The translations under genes were made by a program, and so were the position numbers. Positions 59,859 through 64,000 of a DNA stretch of 64,000 nucleotides are shown here, one piece after another. Origin of the DNA: an uncultured bacterium (GTDB taxonomy: Bacteria; JAGOEH01; CAYLKS01); assembly GCA_964384205.1 (NCBI GenBank), contig CAYLKS010000008.1, positions 1,852-65,851 of the forward strand, in the 5' to 3' direction. Under the pieces are notes generated by a model. The model was not told the origin of the DNA, did not search any database, and saw only the letters and a list, made by a program, of their open reading frames with translations. The first letter of the stretch is position 1. Every line of letters begins with the position of its first letter.

Positions 59859-60832
59859 ATTAATTGTAAAATCTCCTTTTGATTAATCCACCATGAATTT
59901 GTATCACTTGAATATTTAAAACGTTCACTTACTTTTTTATATTTTGAATAGTAATATTGGTTATAATCTTCTTCTAATTCAGGGAGAATGATATATCCTT
60001 TGTCAAATTCTACAGTATGATGTGCTTCGTCTTCAGAAATCAACGTTTCATTTAGTTTCTCACCAGGTCTAATTCCAATAAATTCTATTTTTGCATTGGG
60101 AGCAATTGCTTTTGCAAGGTCTATAATTTTCATACTCGGCATTTTGGGAACGAAAACTTCCCTTCCTTTCATCATTTCTAAAATATTAAAAATAAAATCA
60201 GCTACTTTTTCTAATGTTATAAAAAATCTGGTCATTCTCTCATCTGTTAATGTGATTTTACCTGTTTTAGCCTGTTCTTTCCATAATGGAATAACACTTC
60301 CTCGGCTATTTATAACATTTCCGTATCTAACACAACTAAATTGCGTATTTGAATCGCCGGAATAATTATTGGCTGCTATGAATAGTTTTTCAGCAGCTAA
60401 CTTAGAAGCTCCATACAGATTAATAGGATTTACTGCTTTATCTGTTGATAGCGCTAATACTTTGTTCACCCTTTGATCAATTGCTGCATTTATGATATTA
60501 TTCGCTCCAATAACATTGGTTTTTATAACTTCAATAGGATTGTATTCTCCAGATGTAATTATTTTCAAAGCTGCTGCATGAATAACTATATCTACATTAT
60601 GAAAGGCCCTATACAATCTTTCTTGATCTCTAATATCACCTATAAAGTAACGTATGAATTTGTATTGGTCAGGTGAAAATTTTTGAGCCATATAATATTG
60701 TTTCATTTCATCTCTACTGAAAATAATTAATTTATAAGGTTTAAAATTTTTTATTACCATTTCTGTAAATTTATTACCAAAGGAACCTGTGCCGCCTGTA
60801 ATTAAAACAGTTTTATCATTTAAATCAAACAT
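59855..60832 (-). CDS. pseB: UDP-GlcNAc 4,6-dehydratase (PseB/FlaA1/CapD-like SDR)
   Basis: KTVLITGGTGSFG Rossmann motif, catalytic YGASKLAAE. Confidence 0.8.
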   Translation of the reverse strand: MFDLNDKTVLITGGTGSFGNKFTEMVIKNFKPYKLIIFSRDEMKQYYMAQKFSPDQYKFIRYFIGDIRDQERLYRAFHNVDIVIHAAALKIITSGEYNPIEVIKTNVIGANNIINAAIDQRVNKVLALSTDKAVNPINLYGASKLAAEKLFIAANNYSGDSNTQFSCVRYGNVINSRGSVIPLWKEQAKTGKITLTDERMTRFFITLEKVADFIFNILEMMKGREVFVPKMPSMKIIDLAKAIAPNAKIEFIGIRPGEKLNETLISEDEAHHTVEFDKGYIILPELEEDYNQYYYSKYKKVSERFKYSSDTNSWWINQKEILQLI

Positions 60833-60885
60833 AATCTCCTCATCTTTATAAGGTTAGCTTTTAAAATCAATAAATATATAAAAAT

Positions 60886-61701
60886 TTATTTTTCTTGTTT
60901 GATATGGTAGGCAATCCATTCATCCTGTGTCTTTTTTTTAATTATTTTAAATCCTGATGATATTAAAAATTCTGTAAATTCTACATCTTCCTCTATGAGT
61001 ATGCCACTTGAAATAATCGTGGAATCTTCTAATAAAAATCTATGAATATTTTGTAAAATCCCTTTTTGAATTGAAGATATAATATTAATCAGAATTATAT
61101 CAAACTTATTTTTTATGCAATCTATTGTTCCATTGATGAAATAGATATTATTTAATTTATTGAATTCTGTATTGTTTTTATGGGCATATTTTATTGCTGT
61201 TGTGTCAATTTCGATGGAAGTAACAGAATTTGACTCTAATAATGCAGCTGCAAATGATAAAATCCCGCTTCCAGTTCCGATATCAAAAACAGTTTTCTCT
61301 TTAAAAGATAATTCCTTCATAAGTCTAAGCATTAGTTGTGTTGTCTGATGTGTACCTGTTCCAAATGCGAGATTGGGTTCTATAATTATTTTATATTTAA
61401 TATTTTCTTTTGGTTTTTCCCACGGAGGATATATTAGAAATGTATTTTCAATATTAACAGGTTTAAAATTTTTTTTCCATTCATTTAGCCAATTTTGTTG
61501 CTCTTGTTTATCAATTTGATACTCAATATCAAGTTTGTCTAAGAAAAATTTTAAACTTTCTATATCAATGCTTGAATCAAAAAATGCAATTGCACTATTA
61601 TTATCCAATTCTTGTATTCCAGTACATTTTTGATTAAATAGATATAAGTTGGTTAATTCCGTATTACCTTTGTAGATGATTTTGATTTTCCACCAGAACA
61701 T
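60886..61701 (-). CDS. prmA: Ribosomal protein L11 methyltransferase
   Basis: IIIEPNLAFGTGTHQTT and DIGTGSGILSFAA parallel E. coli PrmA (LDPGLAFGTGTHPTT, DFGCGSGILAIAA). Confidence 0.85.
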   Translation of the reverse strand: MFWWKIKIIYKGNTELTNLYLFNQKCTGIQELDNNSAIAFFDSSIDIESLKFFLDKLDIEYQIDKQEQQNWLNEWKKNFKPVNIENTFLIYPPWEKPKENIKYKIIIEPNLAFGTGTHQTTQLMLRLMKELSFKEKTVFDIGTGSGILSFAAALLESNSVTSIEIDTTAIKYAHKNNTEFNKLNNIYFINGTIDCIKNKFDIILINIISSIQKGILQNIHRFLLEDSTIISSGILIEEDVEFTEFLISSGFKIIKKKTQDEWIAYHIKQEK

Positions 61702-61703
61702 AT

Positions 61704-62888
61704 TTATGGCCTGATTAAACTTGATGCTACAATGTTAGCAATTTTTGCTCTCAAAGATATAACACTTCCTTTATCTTGAGGATGGACTCTATTTGTTAAA
61801 ATTATAATAAATACTTTTGTGTCAAGGTCTATCCATATAGAAGTTCCTGTATATCCAGAATGTCCGAAGGAATTCATCCCCAAAATATCACCTCTGACTG
61901 AACTGTATGCTGTTTTAGAATCCCATCCTGCAGTTCTTCCTTTATCTGCTAAATATGGATAAATTGATGTCATTGCTTTTACTGTCAATGGTGAAAAAAT
62001 TACTTTATCTTCATATCTGCCATTATTTAATAGCATAATAGCAAATTTAGACAAATCTTCTGCTGTACTGAATAAGCCAGCATTTCCTGATATTCCACCA
62101 ATATATCGAGCAAGAGGATCATGCACTTTACCTAATAACATTTTACCATTCACAACTTCAGTAGGTGCAATTAATTTTTTATATTTTGAGGGAGGATTGA
62201 AAAATGTGTGGTTCATATTCATTGGGTGAAATATATATTTTTGAGAAAATTTATTAATATCCATGCCACTTACTTTTTCTATTATATAGGCTAATGTAAT
62301 AAAACCGAGGCAACTATATTGAAAGGTTTCACCAGGAGCAGCAATTTTGTCAGATTTAGCTATAGCATCGATTACTTTTTTTAAACTTCCCTTTTTCCCA
62401 TATTTCATTTTTAATGAATCAACATTTAGATAAGGTTTTAGCCCAGCAGTATGCGTTAATAAATGATAAATATGAGGTGCAGGATATTTTTTTCCTGTAC
62501 TGTCTTCATATACTTTAAAGTCAGGGATAAAATCTGTAACTTTCTCCCAGAGAGTGAGTTTTCCCTGTTCAACCAGTTTCCATATTGATGATGCTGTAGC
62601 AACTGGTTTTGTAACTGATGCAAGATCAAATATTGTATTGATTTTCATTGGTTTTAGTTTATTATAAACTTGTTTATAGCCGAATCCTTTTAAATAAACT
62701 ATTGAAGAATTTCTTCCGACTACGACAACTCCGCCAGGTATCTCTTTTTTTAGAACAGCTTGTATCATTAAAGAATCTATTAATTGTAAATGTGAATTAT
62801 CAAAACCTGAACTTTGAGGTTTTTTAATTGATATTGGGTTAGCATTGGATATAATAGAAAATATTATAATAAATAGCATTATCCTCAT
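61704..62888 (-). CDS. Secreted serine hydrolase of the beta-lactamase/PBP (class C-like) family
   Basis: Signal peptide; SxxK active site FDLASVTKPV, downstream YxN-like and HSGYTG (KTG-like) motifs. Confidence 0.75.
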   Translation of the reverse strand: MRIMLFIIIFSIISNANPISIKKPQSSGFDNSHLQLIDSLMIQAVLKKEIPGGVVVVGRNSSIVYLKGFGYKQVYNKLKPMKINTIFDLASVTKPVATASSIWKLVEQGKLTLWEKVTDFIPDFKVYEDSTGKKYPAPHIYHLLTHTAGLKPYLNVDSLKMKYGKKGSLKKVIDAIAKSDKIAAPGETFQYSCLGFITLAYIIEKVSGMDINKFSQKYIFHPMNMNHTFFNPPSKYKKLIAPTEVVNGKMLLGKVHDPLARYIGGISGNAGLFSTAEDLSKFAIMLLNNGRYEDKVIFSPLTVKAMTSIYPYLADKGRTAGWDSKTAYSSVRGDILGMNSFGHSGYTGTSIWIDLDTKVFIIILTNRVHPQDKGSVISLRAKIANIVASSLIRP

Positions 62889-62911
62889 ACTCTGACTCCC
62901 TGGTGATTATG

Positions 62912-63889
62912 TTATTTTAATGGCAATGAAAAAGCGAATATAGAACCTTCTCCTTTTTTACTATTAACCCATATCCTCCCGTTGTGCATATCAATAATTT
63001 TATGAATAAATACCAGCCCGTATCCACTTTGTGTTTCATTTCCGGTTGGTCTGGATGAAAGTTTGCCCGGTCTTATAAAAATATTTTTTAGATCATCTTC
63101 ATTTAATCCTTGTCCAGTATCTTTAATATAGGAGATAATATAATCATTATTTTTTTCAAAATATATGGTTATCCGTCCCCCAGGTTCTGTGTATTTAATA
63201 GCATTGCTTAGTAAATTATCAATTACCTGAGCAATTCTAATTTTATCAGCATTTACTATACATTCGAAATCTGGTTCCTCAAATATAATCTGTATTTCTT
63301 TCTTTTTAGCTGCATGGCTGTAAAAATTTGTGCGTTTGAAAAATAAATTAATTAAATCGAACTCGTGTTTTTGTAAATTAAAATTTATGGATTCAAGAGA
63401 ATAAATATTTGTTATATCATCTATTAGTTTATTTATTCCCCAGGTCGTCTTGCGTAACATTTGTAATTTTTTTAAAATTAATTCTTTTTCCATATCTTGA
63501 TTAATATATTCATCAATAATATCTAAATAAGAATTTAATATCATTAAAGGATTTCTTAAATCATGGACTATAATTCCTATTAATTCATTTTTTTGAAAAT
63601 TTAAATCTTTCAAATAATAAAGAGTTTCTATTTTAGATATTGATGATCTGATATAATCTTTCAGTTCGAAAAGAATAGACAAGTCATTTATATCATATTC
63701 AAGGAATTCGTTATTATAAAACATAACATATGCTTTTGTTTTTATGGAAAACTCTATTTTATAAATAATAAGATAATTAAATAATTTTTTCTTCTCCTCA
63801 TTTTTAAAAAAATCTTTTTGAACAAAGTCACTATTTTTTATAACATAAATATTTGGAAATACTTCTTTACTTTGATTTTGTAATGTCAT
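62912..63889 (-). CDS. Sensor histidine kinase (cytoplasmic, 325 aa)
   Basis: H-box IVHDLRNPL, N box LLSNAIKYT, G boxes DTGQGL and GYGLVFIHKI. Confidence 0.7.
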   Translation of the reverse strand: MTLQNQSKEVFPNIYVIKNSDFVQKDFFKNEEKKKLFNYLIIYKIEFSIKTKAYVMFYNNEFLEYDINDLSILFELKDYIRSSISKIETLYYLKDLNFQKNELIGIIVHDLRNPLMILNSYLDIIDEYINQDMEKELILKKLQMLRKTTWGINKLIDDITNIYSLESINFNLQKHEFDLINLFFKRTNFYSHAAKKKEIQIIFEEPDFECIVNADKIRIAQVIDNLLSNAIKYTEPGGRITIYFEKNNDYIISYIKDTGQGLNEDDLKNIFIRPGKLSSRPTGNETQSGYGLVFIHKIIDMHNGRIWVNSKKGEGSIFAFSLPLK

Positions 63890-64000
63890 AAATATATTTT
63901 CATCTAAGTGGGAATGAATATCTTTTTCTTCAATATCTGAGTTTATATTATTGAATAAGAAAAGTTTTTTACTTGGGGAAAATTTATAATAAAAAGATTT

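Noticed and set aside
1-64000. Scan for tRNA/rRNA genes, CRISPR arrays, transposases, integrases, or prophage blocks
   Set aside because: No GC-rich cloverleaf-like islands in intergenic regions, no regularly spaced direct repeats, and no recognisable recombinase or transposase motifs. Such elements could still exist below by-eye detection.

Overview
This is a very AT-rich (roughly 25-30% GC by eye), gene-dense bacterial chromosomal segment read under the standard genetic code. It contains the chromosomal replication origin. dnaA (21957-23297, +) is flanked by a switch in gene strand: about 19 consecutive minus-strand genes lie upstream and plus-strand genes downstream. At least three TTATCCACA DnaA boxes lie in the dnaA-downstream intergenic region, and dnaN is absent.

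The minus-strand block is a tightly packed array of about 16 kb: rpoN-hpf-hprK-ptsH-ptsI-ptsN, a 42-aa membrane ORF, a complete nine-gene V-type ATPase operon (G/H-like, C, I, K, F, E, A, B, D), a usp-like gene, ctpA and a hypothetical gene.

Downstream of dnaA are:
- two T9SS-CTD cargo proteins (an M14 carboxypeptidase and a MurNAc-LAA amidase) and a SusC-like receptor at the window start, which suggest an FCB-superphylum lineage;
- a 9.6-kb unit encoding three glycosyltransferases, a HAD phosphatase, a receiver-less HD-GYP protein and a 1143-aa orphan sensor kinase;
- a divergent operon pairing adenosine deaminase with a Cys-rich receiver/histidine-kinase hybrid, followed by a small 2x[4Fe-4S] ferredoxin absent from the ORF track and an Nfu-like protein;
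- an ~845-aa outer-membrane beta-barrel gene split by a frameshift, whose 610-codon distal part has no in-frame ATG;
- an LPS-core cluster of two GT9 heptosyltransferases and a methyltransferase, next to a corrinoid protein plus an MtaA-like methyltransferase;
- a partial nonulosonic-acid cluster (pseB-pseC-pseI), prmA, a serine hydrolase and further kinases.

No tRNA or rRNA genes, CRISPR arrays, transposases or integrases were recognised.
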